64,000 nucleotides of DNA from a bacterium (GTDB lineage Bacteria > Zhuqueibacterota > Zhuqueibacteria > Residuimicrobiales > Krinioviventaceae). Numbering within the stretch: the first letter of the stretch is position 1; the number at the start of each line of letters is the position of its first letter. A program made the position numbers and the translations under genes. Of this stretch, positions 1 through 9,039 are shown in pieces. Location of the stretch: the NCBI GenBank assembly GCA_963693055.1, contig OY843751.1, positions 5,472,001-5,536,000 on the forward strand, given 5' to 3'. The notes under the pieces were generated by a model. It saw nothing but the letters and a program-made list of their open reading frames with translations. It made no database searches and had not been told where the DNA came from.

Positions 1-2
1 TA

Positions 3-1439
3 TATGGTGATATTGAATTGGATGAAAACGCCCGCGTTTTGGGTAATGTTGTCAGCATCGAAGGAATAATTTGGACCAATGAAGGTTCCTTTGTTGAAGG
101 TGATATCATTGAAACCAGCGGTTCAAAGAGCAATAAACGAATTGAAAGATCTGACAAATACGATGAGAATGAGAATGACAATGACTCGGACAGAGCAAAG
201 CGCAGATCAAAAAGAAAATCAAACATTTCTGTTCGATATCGTGATTACGAATATGATGATGAGCCCATGTGGTTTGAATACAGCAGTGTTGACGGATTAA
301 CTCTTGGTATGAAATTCCCCGAACCAGGCTGGTGGCAGTATCGTGACCATGACTTTGCGATACTCGGCAAAATAGGGTACTCTTTTGCCCGCAAGGAATG
401 GCAATACAAAGTAGGTCTTGAAAAATGGTTCCTGCAAGATAATCGTATGGCATTTGGCGGAGAATATCATGATCTTACAGCATCAGAAGATAACTGGATT
501 ATTTCTGATACCGAAAACACCCTGGCGTCTCTTTTATTCAAAGAAGATTTTCGTGATCATTATTTAAAAGAAGGTTTTTCAGTCTATATGAAAAATTACC
601 TTACTCATTATTTAAATTTCAAAATTGCTTATAATGAAGACCGTTTTAAAAATCTTCAAACCCGTGCTGATTGGGCAGTATTCGGTGGAGACGATAAAAA
701 GTTCAGACCCAATGCGGCCGCGCTTCCTCAAGGTCTGGTAGATCAGGAATTGGCCAAACCGGCAGGATTTCAAAATCCATATTTGGATTTGACCAGCTAT
801 ACTCTTGATGCGGAATTTGATACACGCGACAGTTACAAACACCCGCAACGAGGTTGGTACGTACAAGCCTTTGCTGAAAGAGCAACTTATACTCAGCTTG
901 AAAACAGTGAATTTGACCGATATGTACTTGATATCAGACGTTATCAGCCGCTGGGTTGGGATGAGAATCTCAACATTCGTTTACGTGGCGGCACTACCAA
1001 GGGTGATGTGCCCCCTATGTACTGGTTCAATCTTGGCGGACTCTCAACCTTGCGTGGTTATGAATTTAAAGAATTTACCGGCGATCGTATGGTTTTGGGA
1101 AATATAGAGTACCGAATGCGCACAAGTGATGATGACTGGTTTATATTTGACACCTTTGACATCGTATTGTTTGTAGATTCCGGTCTGGCATGGTTTGCAG
1201 ACAGTGAAACCCCGAACCGGGTAAACGCTTGGAATTATGATAATGAAACAGAAAATCCTGATGCAACAAACAGTGACCCACAAGACACGTTCGATTCTTT
1301 GACCTGGAATTCGCTGAAAACCAATGTAGGCGTTGCCCTTGCAACTGAAGATGATGAATTCAGAATTAATTTTGCACGTAGAACAGATGTCGGTGGAAGA
1401 GATTTTGTTGTAACATTTCGCATCAATCACCCGTTTTAA
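3..1439 (+). CDS. Omp85/BamA-TamA family outer-membrane beta-barrel protein, 5'-truncated, with a bactofilin-like N-terminal remnant
   Basis: The frame is open from base 3 (YGDIELDENARVLGNVVSIEG). It has a DTRD...P.RGW motif, a loop-6 GGLSTLRGY (VRGY-like) motif, GDRMVLGNIEYR, FVDSG and a C-terminal Phe (RINHPF). Confidence 0.8.
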   Translation, partial: YGDIELDENARVLGNVVSIEGIIWTNEGSFVEGDIIETSGSKSNKRIERSDKYDENENDNDSDRAKRRSKRKSNISVRYRDYEYDDEPMWFEYSSVDGLTLGMKFPEPGWWQYRDHDFAILGKIGYSFARKEWQYKVGLEKWFLQDNRMAFGGEYHDLTASEDNWIISDTENTLASLLFKEDFRDHYLKEGFSVYMKNYLTHYLNFKIAYNEDRFKNLQTRADWAVFGGDDKKFRPNAAALPQGLVDQELAKPAGFQNPYLDLTSYTLDAEFDTRDSYKHPQRGWYVQAFAERATYTQLENSEFDRYVLDIRRYQPLGWDENLNIRLRGGTTKGDVPPMYWFNLGGLSTLRGYEFKEFTGDRMVLGNIEYRMRTSDDDWFIFDTFDIVLFVDSGLAWFADSETPNRVNAWNYDNETENPDATNSDPQDTFDSLTWNSLKTNVGVALATEDDEFRINFARRTDVGGRDFVVTFRINHPF

Positions 1440-1466
1440 ATAGTATCACACAACTCCAAGCCCGTA

Positions 1467-1497
1467 CATGAAGAAGCGGAAACTCCGCTTCTTCATG
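1467..1497. repeat. Perfect 14-bp inverted repeat (intergenic hairpin, no U-tract)
   Basis: CATGAAGAAGCGGA-AAC-TCCGCTTCTTCATG between two co-directional genes. Confidence 0.8.
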
Positions 1498-1530
1498 CAT
1501 TATATAAAAATGCAGGGAGGTTCCAAACCA

Positions 1531-2379
1531 ATGAAAAATTTATTGCTACTATTATTCTTGATTTTATTCCTGACGAATAATACCTTCGCCTATAATGATA
1601 TGACTCTGGAAGAGCATTTCACAATTTCAGAAAAGCTTGATATTGATATCAATATTGACGCGGGAGAGATCAAAGTCAGACAAAATGAAATTGATGACCA
1701 ATGCCATGTCCGCATTCAATACAATACAGATCGCGCAGAAGCTGATATCCGTTTTAATGATAAAAAAAACGCTCTTGACGTTATTGTAGATTATGATTCA
1801 TGGAAATCCGTTGGTAAAGATCATGAAGACCACAACAGGGGTCCTGAAGTATTGATTGAACTCCCTTCCAGTGCAATTCTGGATATCAATGCAAAGCTCA
1901 AAGCCGGTGAATTTGATTTAAGACTTGGCGGTCTTAAAATACGCAGTTTCCAATTCACCAATTGGGCGGGAGAAGCAGATATAAATTTTGTCTCACCCAA
2001 CCAGATTGAAATGGAAACCCTGGATATTAATTTCAAAGTAGGCGAGCTCAATATCCGCAACTTGGGGAACGCGCGTTTTAAAGAAGCCGATATCAACAGC
2101 GGCATTGGAGAATTAAACATTGATTTTAGAGGAGATCTGCTCGAAAGGGCCATGGCACGCATTGATCTGGATATTGGTGAAACACAAATCACCGTCCCGG
2201 AAGAGGTTGGCTCTAAATTACGCGTATCAAAATTTCTGTTTTTAGCAGAGATCAGCTATCCCCATTGGTTTGAAAAAAGAGGCAAATATTATTATTCAGA
2301 AAACTATTCGGATAGTGAAAAAAATTTGTATCTTATAATATCGGCAGGAATTGGTGAACTATCTATAGATGTTAAATAG
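1531..2379 (+). CDS. Secreted beta-strand repeat protein (toast-rack / LiaF-C / DUF4097-like)
   Basis: A GGGAGG RBS precedes ATG 1531, followed by signal peptide MKNLLLLLFLILFLTNNTFA and repeated xxIxxxxGE(L/F)xI/L motifs. Confidence 0.65.
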   Translation: MKNLLLLLFLILFLTNNTFAYNDMTLEEHFTISEKLDIDINIDAGEIKVRQNEIDDQCHVRIQYNTDRAEADIRFNDKKNALDVIVDYDSWKSVGKDHEDHNRGPEVLIELPSSAILDINAKLKAGEFDLRLGGLKIRSFQFTNWAGEADINFVSPNQIEMETLDINFKVGELNIRNLGNARFKEADINSGIGELNIDFRGDLLERAMARIDLDIGETQITVPEEVGSKLRVSKFLFLAEISYPHWFEKRGKYYYSENYSDSEKNLYLIISAGIGELSIDVK

Positions 2380-2384
2380 TAGAC

Positions 2385-4109
2385 ATGATTATGAAATTTC
2401 TTAAAATTCTTTTACTCCTTTTTATCTCTGCTTCGGTCTTGTTTTCTAGTGAATCAACAAAACCAGCCGTAAACATTGACAATACAGGTCTGAAAAACTG
2501 GGCGGTTAAAGCATTCACAATTGACCATGATATGTATTTAACCATCACAGCTACCGGTCAGGCTGTAAATGATCAATGGCAAGCAAAAGCATGGATATTA
2601 AATGCTCAAACCCGACGCCCCGTCTGGGAAATGAACTTTGATAATTCTCACAAAATAAACGACAATGGTCGTAGAAGATTCCTGGGAGAACAATTATTCA
2701 CAGCAGGTTCGTATGAAGTCTATTTTGGCACAGATGCATATGTACAGCAAAAAGCCAAAGGATGGACGGGAATTGTAGACGACTTGTTTGACAATCTTGA
2801 TTATTATGAAAGAGACAAACGCTATTGGGGAATAACTGTAGAATCACAGGATGATGAACAAAACGCATTTCATCCTGTACAGATAAATGAAACAAAGGGC
2901 ATCAATCCGGATATCCACATGGCCCCAATTGGAGATAACGCTAAAGAAGAAACCGGCTTTTTGCTGGAACAGGAAACCACTATTCAGATATATATGGTGG
3001 GCGAAGGGACCCGTAAAAACGATCAAATGTATGATTACGGATGGATCACAAATTCCGATACTCATCAAAGAGTATGGCAGGCCCAGGTCAAAGAGACGCT
3101 ATATGGGGGTGGAGCAGAAAAAAACCGCATTGTAGATGAAACCTTTCTTCTTCCGGCAGGGCATTATACACTGCATTACATTACAGATGACTCTCATTCT
3201 CCCGACATGTTTAATCAAATGCCCCCCTATGATCCTCTAAGCTGGGGGATATCTGTATGGTCAAGTGATGGTGATATTATTCTGAATGAAAAGCAGGCCA
3301 TTACCTCTATATCATCACTTGCACCTATTGTCAGTTTTACCAAAATGCAGAATAATGAATATAATTGTGAGGGTTTTGAAATCCGTGAACCTATGGATAT
3401 TTACATCCAGTGTGTGGGTGAGTACTCTAGAATTTTTAATACTTTTGCAGATTATGGTTGGATCACAAACGCACATACACGTGAACGTATCTGGACCATG
3501 ACACTGGACAATTCTTTTCATGCAGGTGGCAGCAGAAAAAACCGCAAAACCCAGGACCATATACACCTGGAACCGGGGGCCTATACCGTTCACTATATAA
3601 CAGATGATAGCCATGCTTTTAATTCCTGGAACAGCAGCAAACCATCAGAACCGGAGCAATGGGGTATAACCATAACTCCCGAAGACAATTCAGCAAACGT
3701 AAAAATATATCCCTATTCAGAAAAGGACGATCCGGCTATACTGGCATCAATAAAACAAGTAAATAAAAATGAACACAGACGAAAATCCTTTGACCTTGAT
3801 CAGGGTGCAAATATACGAATTTACGCACTGGGAGAAGGTGAAAAGGATGAAATGTACGATTATGGTTGGATAGAAAACCAGGACGGTGACTGGGTATGGG
3901 AAATGGAATATGACGACACATTTCATGCAGGTGGTGCCAGAAAGAATAGATTGTTTAATGATATAATTTATTTACCTGCCGGCAAATATACCGTTCACTA
4001 TGAATCGGATGACAGTCATAATTATAATGATTGGAACGCAGACCCACCAGATGATGCAATGAGTTGGGGAATTACTTTGATCAATACTGAATGGATAGAA
4101 AATCAATAA
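2385..4109 (+). CDS. Secreted hypothetical protein with four tandem ~130-140 aa repeats
   Basis: Signal peptide, then a repeated motif GE..DYGWI..W..(H)AGG..KNR..L.(A/P)G.Y..HY.(T/S)DDSH..W..P..WGI. Three copies are clear and the first is degenerate. Confidence 0.8.
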   Translation: MIMKFLKILLLLFISASVLFSSESTKPAVNIDNTGLKNWAVKAFTIDHDMYLTITATGQAVNDQWQAKAWILNAQTRRPVWEMNFDNSHKINDNGRRRFLGEQLFTAGSYEVYFGTDAYVQQKAKGWTGIVDDLFDNLDYYERDKRYWGITVESQDDEQNAFHPVQINETKGINPDIHMAPIGDNAKEETGFLLEQETTIQIYMVGEGTRKNDQMYDYGWITNSDTHQRVWQAQVKETLYGGGAEKNRIVDETFLLPAGHYTLHYITDDSHSPDMFNQMPPYDPLSWGISVWSSDGDIILNEKQAITSISSLAPIVSFTKMQNNEYNCEGFEIREPMDIYIQCVGEYSRIFNTFADYGWITNAHTRERIWTMTLDNSFHAGGSRKNRKTQDHIHLEPGAYTVHYITDDSHAFNSWNSSKPSEPEQWGITITPEDNSANVKIYPYSEKDDPAILASIKQVNKNEHRRKSFDLDQGANIRIYALGEGEKDEMYDYGWIENQDGDWVWEMEYDDTFHAGGARKNRLFNDIIYLPAGKYTVHYESDDSHNYNDWNADPPDDAMSWGITLINTEWIENQ

Positions 4110-4141
4110 AAAAGGCGGCAAATGCCGCCTTTTTTATTTTT
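4108..4141. terminator. Bidirectional intrinsic terminator
   Basis: A-run, AAGGCGGCA-AA-TGCCGCCTT stem and T-run between convergent genes. Confidence 0.85.
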
Positions 4142-4493
4142 GCGCTTTTGCTTTACAGCACTCGCTTTGACTTTCTTTGCAACAATCCTTATTGCATGTC
4201 TTTACTGCAGGACACTGGTTATCAACAACTTTGAAACCAGTTTTATTAACAGCCTGAGTAATTTTTGCTGCATCTGCTTTGTCGGTCTCATATGTAACTT
4301 TGGCAGAATTACTGGCTAAAACCACATCAGCCTCTGTAACGCCATCCACTTTCTCTATTGCAGCTTTAACAGCGTGAACACAACCATTACAGGTCATACC
4401 ATCAATTTTCAAATCAACGGTTTCTTTCTCGCCTGCTAAAACAGCAACTACTGCAATAATAGAAAAAAGAATTATAAATTTTGTCATCTTCAT
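4134..4493 (-). CDS. Exported heavy-metal-associated (HMA, MerP/CopZ-like) protein with Cys-rich tail
   Basis: Signal peptide, IDGMTCNGC metal-binding motif and C-terminal tail CPAVKTCNKDCCKESQSECCK. Confidence 0.85.
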   Translation of the reverse strand: MKMTKFIILFSIIAVVAVLAGEKETVDLKIDGMTCNGCVHAVKAAIEKVDGVTEADVVLASNSAKVTYETDKADAAKITQAVNKTGFKVVDNQCPAVKTCNKDCCKESQSECCKAKAQK

Positions 4494-4626
4494 TTCATCT
4501 CTCCTTTTTCAAAATACAACCTGACTCTGCCAAGTATGAATACAACCTAAAAGACCATTTGAATGAATATTCCTGTTTGTTATATAACAAATATATAATT
4601 ATATTGCAAAAAACAAAAGAGGACAT

Positions 4627-5796
4627 TTGAAAATAATATTAACATGCCTTACTCTGCTGATGGTATATTGGATGTATGAATACCTTATGTTGAGTATAAA
4701 AAGAAGAAAAATACCAAACAGAATATTGGTAACCGGTACCCGGGGTAAATCTTCTGTAACCCGGCTTGTAGCCGCAGGTCTAAATGCCGCAGGCATAAAA
4801 ACAATAGCCAAGGTTACCGGTAGTGCTGCCAGAATAATAATGCCGGATGGAACAGAACACACCATCCAAAGAAATGGCATGCCAACTATCCTTGAACAGA
4901 AAAAGATCATATCCATTGCAGTTGAAAATAAAGCACAATGCCTCGTTGTTGAAGGCATGGCAATACGCCCGCAAATGATCAAAACCGAATCATTTTCCAT
5001 CATTAAACCCAATTCAATCATTGTTTGCAGAATTGGTCCCGACCATTTGGATATAACCGCGGAAACCATCCCCGGACTGGTTAAAGCCTATTCAAAAACC
5101 ATTACAGAAAACAGTATGGTTTTCACATTACCAGAAAACCGGGAGCTGTTTGCCAAACGTTGTTTTTATATGGACGCCGAGCTTTACGATCCTGTTGATA
5201 TGGAATCAAATGCTTTAGAAATCCCACTTGATCGTTTCTCATATATAGAACACAAAGAAAATATTGAACTCGCACTTCAGGTATGCAATTACCTTGGAGT
5301 TGATTCCGGAACTGCGCTTTCGGGCATGCTTCGTGCCAATCCCGATCCTGGTGCCCTTGCACTATATAAATGCGATATTGACAATTCAACGATAACATTC
5401 ATACAGGCATTTGCAGCTAACGACACCCATGCACTGTCTATCATTCAGGAAAGTCTAAAATCACATCTGGAGGGCAATGTAATCATCATAATCAATACAC
5501 GCAAAGACAGGCCCTTTAGAAGCCGTGAAATGCTTAAATATGTACAAACGCATTCTCACGTCAAGGAATGCATACTGACCGGAAATGGACATTTGGAACC
5601 CTTGCGTCAGGAACTTGAAAAATCTATCAAAACCATAATACTTGAAGATACCGAATCTATTATAGCATTTATTTCTAAAAATACATTACAGCCTGCTACT
5701 ATTCTGGGAATAGGAAACCTATATGGAGCGGGTCAGGAACTTTGTTCCTATTTTAAAAACAAATGCACAACATCGTCAAACAATGTCGTGCATTAA
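4627..5796 (+). CDS. pgsB: Poly-gamma-glutamate synthetase PgsB/CapB-like (Mur ligase fold)
   Basis: N-terminal TM helix, RILVTGTRGKSSVTRL P-loop, AKVTGS, ILEQ, EH.EN, A.PDPG, AFAAND and N.R.DR..RS motifs. Confidence 0.8.
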   Translation: MKIILTCLTLLMVYWMYEYLMLSIKRRKIPNRILVTGTRGKSSVTRLVAAGLNAAGIKTIAKVTGSAARIIMPDGTEHTIQRNGMPTILEQKKIISIAVENKAQCLVVEGMAIRPQMIKTESFSIIKPNSIIVCRIGPDHLDITAETIPGLVKAYSKTITENSMVFTLPENRELFAKRCFYMDAELYDPVDMESNALEIPLDRFSYIEHKENIELALQVCNYLGVDSGTALSGMLRANPDPGALALYKCDIDNSTITFIQAFAANDTHALSIIQESLKSHLEGNVIIIINTRKDRPFRSREMLKYVQTHSHVKECILTGNGHLEPLRQELEKSIKTIILEDTESIIAFISKNTLQPATILGIGNLYGAGQELCSYFKNKCTTSSNNVVH

Positions 5797-5869
5797 AAAA
5801 AAATCAAGAAAATTTAATTTTTTTGTTGTTTAATTATTAAAAATTTATTACATTTAATTCTGTAAGGTT

Positions 5870-5942
5870 GAGGGCGTAGCTCAGCCGGTAGAGCAGCGGC
5901 CTTTTAAGCCGTCGGTCGTGGGTTCGATTCCCGCCGCCCTCA
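5870..5942 (+). tRNA. tRNA-Lys (anticodon UUU), CCA end not encoded
   Basis: Cloverleaf with GAGGGCG/CGCCCTC acceptor stem, D arm GCTC..GAGC, anticodon loop CTTTTAA and T loop TTCGATT. Confidence 0.97.
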
Positions 5943-5949
5943 CTTCTTC

Positions 5950-8487
5950 TTACATTTCCAACATCTCTTCCTCATAATAATTTCCATTTCTATAAGAAGC
6001 AACGTTTCTATTATCACTATCGGTTAATTCGAATTGTGCTGTCATGCTGCGCATTTCTTCAGCCTGACTTGATAACTCTTCAGCAGTACTTGCTGATTCT
6101 TCCGCATTTGCAGCATTCTGCTGAGTCAACATGTTCAACTGTTCCAGAGCTTTATTGACCTGTGAAATACCTTCAGTTTGTTCACTTGAACCGGCTGCAA
6201 CTTCAGCCATCAGATCACTAACTTTGGCTACCTGTTCAAGAATTCCATGCAACTGCTCAGCAACCTGTTTGTTATATTCAAAACCCGATTCCGCGTTTTG
6301 TACAGCTTCTGTAATTAACTGTGAAGTATTTTTAGATGATTCTGCACTCTGTATAGCAAGGTTTCTCACTTCTTCTGCAACAACAGCAAAGCCCTTGCCT
6401 GCTTCACCTGCTCTTGCAGCTTCAACAGCAGCATTCAAAGCCAGCAGATTGGTTTGAAATGCAATATCATCAATTGTCTTGATAACTTTGATAGTTTCAT
6501 CAGATGACTTTTTGATCTTTTCAATAGCACCAGACAAAAGGTCCATACTTTTCATACCCTGGTCAGCACTTTCTCGTGTTGCATCTGTAAGATGCTTGGC
6601 TTCACTTGCATTATTCGAGTTATGCATTGCCATTGAAGATACTTCATGCAGTGAGCTCGATATTTCTTCAAGTGAGCTTGCCTGTTCTGATGCTCCCTGG
6701 GCCAAAGCCTGTCCACCGGAACTAATCTGATCCGATGCTGATGCCACCTGATCGGAACTAACAGCAACCTGATGTAAACTGGTATCTAGATTATCCAGTG
6801 CGGTATTTAAAGAAACTTTAACTTTATTAAAATCGCCCTTGTATTCACCTTTCATTCTAACGGTTAATTTTCGGTTTGCTACTTTTGAAAGAACATTCGA
6901 AGCTTCATTTATTGGACGTGTAATTGCTGACACGATACTATTAATACCTATAATTATATTTTTAAAATCATTTTGAAATTGATCCGAGTTCGCGCGTTTA
7001 GAAAGATCTCCTCTCACAGCACTGGAAGCCAAAGTCTCAATCTCAGACAAAAGCAGTTGGATCCGTTTTTTCATCTTTGCCATTGCTTTGCCCAGATTAT
7101 CATCTTCAGATGCAATCTGCTCTTCTGCTGATAAATCTCCTTCAGCAATTTGTTCTGCTAAATGGGTTTTTGCTTGCAACGCTGTTATCATTCTTCTAAA
7201 AGAATCTGCCAATTCACCTGTTTCATCAGAAGATACATGATCAATTTCCTGGTTAATATCTCCCAATGCCAATTTGTCAGCACTTTTGCTCATCCGGGTT
7301 ATGGGCTTGGCAATTCGTGTGCTCATAAAAATTGAAGCTAACGTACCCAAAACAAGTATAACAAGTCCTGTTCCAGCTATGCCCATTAACAACTGTTTCA
7401 AAGCATCATCAATTCTATACAACGCTTGATAATAATCATCCTCATATGTTCCCACACCTATCACCCAATCCCAGGGTTCATAATATGCAATGGATGCAAT
7501 TTTCATTCTCGCTCTAGTATCACCTTCATTCAACCAGGGATACCTTTCAAAATCAATCTGGGTACCTTTTAATTTTAATGCCTTGTTAATTACAGATTGT
7601 ATAAAAAGGTTCCCATCAGAGTCTTTGGCATTCCAAATATTCTCACCATCGCGCTCACCACCTTTTGAAATGATATATTCACCCTGCTGCTCGCCTTTTC
7701 CCTGCAAAACATATACATACCCTGTCTTTCCAACTGTAATGTCAAGAATTGCATGGCGCAAACTCTTTATGGCTTCTTGTTTAATACCTACATATAGCAC
7801 ACCAATTACTTTATCATTATTATCAAATAGCGGCTTGTATGCTGTGATATACCAATCATTGACAACATAAGCACGGCCATAAAAGGTTTCCCCTTTTAAA
7901 ATAGTAGAAATCACTTGATTCGCTTGCCCATCAGGATTTATAGCAGGAATAAAGGTACCCATTGCCCGGTTTCCACTCAAATTTTTAACATTGGTAGCTA
8001 CTCGTAACATATCTCCGGACTCATTCATCCTTTGGAAAATTGTGCAAGTCCCTCCAACTAAATTTTCAATATCATCAATAAAAGGCACCTTTTGATCAAA
8101 ATCCTGAATCTGCCCCAGCCAGGAACTTCCGATATTAACTTGAGGCAATTCAACAGATAGTGATTCATTTGTATATTGATTTTTAGCTTCCCAGGTTACC
8201 GTACTTGAACTGAAATTGATCCCACCATTTCTATTAAACAGCTCACTCGCAACAACAAGATCATCCTTTACCTTATCTTTCAATACGTCATTCATTGAAT
8301 CACATAAATGATATACATCCTTGGCTATTTGAGAGATATTTTCCTTAATCAAAACATCAATTTCATCTGTAACTTTGGCCTTTAAAGCTCCTTTTTGAAA
8401 ACCAACCTGAATCAAAATAATTACAATCGGTATCAAAACAAATAAAAAAGACAAAGCCATGATTTTGTATTTAATTGTAAATCGCAT
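5950..8487 (-). CDS. Methyl-accepting chemotaxis protein (periplasmic Cache domains, HAMP domains, signalling domain)
   Basis: Two TM helices; Cache-like motifs [17 protein letters not shown] and [10 protein letters not shown]; hairpin tip [37 protein letters not shown]; GAGGTG RBS before ATG 8487. Confidence 0.95.
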   Translation of the reverse strand: MRFTIKYKIMALSFLFVLIPIVIILIQVGFQKGALKAKVTDEIDVLIKENISQIAKDVYHLCDSMNDVLKDKVKDDLVVASELFNRNGGINFSSSTVTWEAKNQYTNESLSVELPQVNIGSSWLGQIQDFDQKVPFIDDIENLVGGTCTIFQRMNESGDMLRVATNVKNLSGNRAMGTFIPAINPDGQANQVISTILKGETFYGRAYVVNDWYITAYKPLFDNNDKVIGVLYVGIKQEAIKSLRHAILDITVGKTGYVYVLQGKGEQQGEYIISKGGERDGENIWNAKDSDGNLFIQSVINKALKLKGTQIDFERYPWLNEGDTRARMKIASIAYYEPWDWVIGVGTYEDDYYQALYRIDDALKQLLMGIAGTGLVILVLGTLASIFMSTRIAKPITRMSKSADKLALGDINQEIDHVSSDETGELADSFRRMITALQAKTHLAEQIAEGDLSAEEQIASEDDNLGKAMAKMKKRIQLLLSEIETLASSAVRGDLSKRANSDQFQNDFKNIIIGINSIVSAITRPINEASNVLSKVANRKLTVRMKGEYKGDFNKVKVSLNTALDNLDTSLHQVAVSSDQVASASDQISSGGQALAQGASEQASSLEEISSSLHEVSSMAMHNSNNASEAKHLTDATRESADQGMKSMDLLSGAIEKIKKSSDETIKVIKTIDDIAFQTNLLALNAAVEAARAGEAGKGFAVVAEEVRNLAIQSAESSKNTSQLITEAVQNAESGFEYNKQVAEQLHGILEQVAKVSDLMAEVAAGSSEQTEGISQVNKALEQLNMLTQQNAANAEESASTAEELSSQAEEMRSMTAQFELTDSDNRNVASYRNGNYYEEEMLEM

Positions 8488-8518
8488 TGCACACCTCAAC
8501 TTTTTTTATATTTGTTAA

Positions 8519-8535
8519 GGCAATTGTAATGCCAA
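8519..8535 (-). promoter_or_regulatory. sigma54 (-24/-12) promoter of the MCP gene
   Basis: TTGGCATTACAATTGCC, with exact GG-N10-GC spacing about 30 bp upstream of the start codon. Confidence 0.75.
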
Positions 8536-8749
8536 CTTGCAACATGATAGATATAATCATATAACAACAAGCAAAACCATGCAAATGGAAAGCGAATAAA
8601 AACAATACCTTGCAAGCAAAACATACTAAATTCAGACTAATGAAAGCAAAATTTGCACCAACATGGTTGTTGAGAGTCATAGCTGTAAAAATTTCTTACA
8701 GTAGTGTAAAATAATTTTTCTTTTCAGGAAATAATAAAAGGGATGACAT

Positions 8750-8775
8750 AAAAAGCCCTGTCTGAAACAGGGCTT
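8750..8775 (-). terminator. Intrinsic terminator after the nqr-apbE-nqrM-like cluster
   Basis: Minus strand reads AAGCCCTGT-TTCAG-ACAGGGCTT followed by a T-run. Confidence 0.8.
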
Positions 8776-8780
8776 AAATT

Positions 8781-9035
8781 TTAGTGGTTACCGCAGCTGC
8801 ATTGATCTCCACAAGACTTTTTGTTCAAAGCATCATACTTTTCTACAAATTTCATTTTCTCGTCATAACAACCGCATGAATGATCATCATCATGTTCATC
8901 GGTATCACAATGACCGCCCCCACAGCAGCCTTCGGTACCTGGTCTTTTCTTATATTTGCTAAAATTCAGAGCAAACGCGAAAAAGGAAAAAAGAACAACC
9001 ATTACCAAAGCTACTAAAAGTATTTGCACAATCAT
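8781..9035 (-). CDS. nqrM: NqrM-like small membrane protein with Cys/His-rich C-terminus (putative Na+-NQR maturation factor)
   Basis: Single N-terminal TM helix and GCCGGGHC...CGC motif. It lies directly after apbE, the canonical nqrM position. Confidence 0.6.
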   Translation of the reverse strand: MIVQILLVALVMVVLFSFFAFALNFSKYKKRPGTEGCCGGGHCDTDEHDDDHSCGCYDEKMKFVEKYDALNKKSCGDQCSCGNH

Positions 9036-9039
9036 AATA

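Noticed and set aside
2900-4080. DNA-level repeats such as GATTATGGTTGGAT and TTTCATGCAGGTGG as a CRISPR or DGR signal
   Set aside because: They are codon-level traces of the protein's internal domain repeats; there is no spacer periodicity and no cas or reverse transcriptase gene.
5797-5950. tRNA-Lys as an integration site for a genomic island
   Set aside because: No integrase, and I saw no duplicated tRNA 3' end (att site) in the window.
8471-8680. 69-aa ORF upstream of the MCP gene
   Set aside because: It overlaps the sigma54 promoter region and MCP start, with no RBS or recognisable motif.
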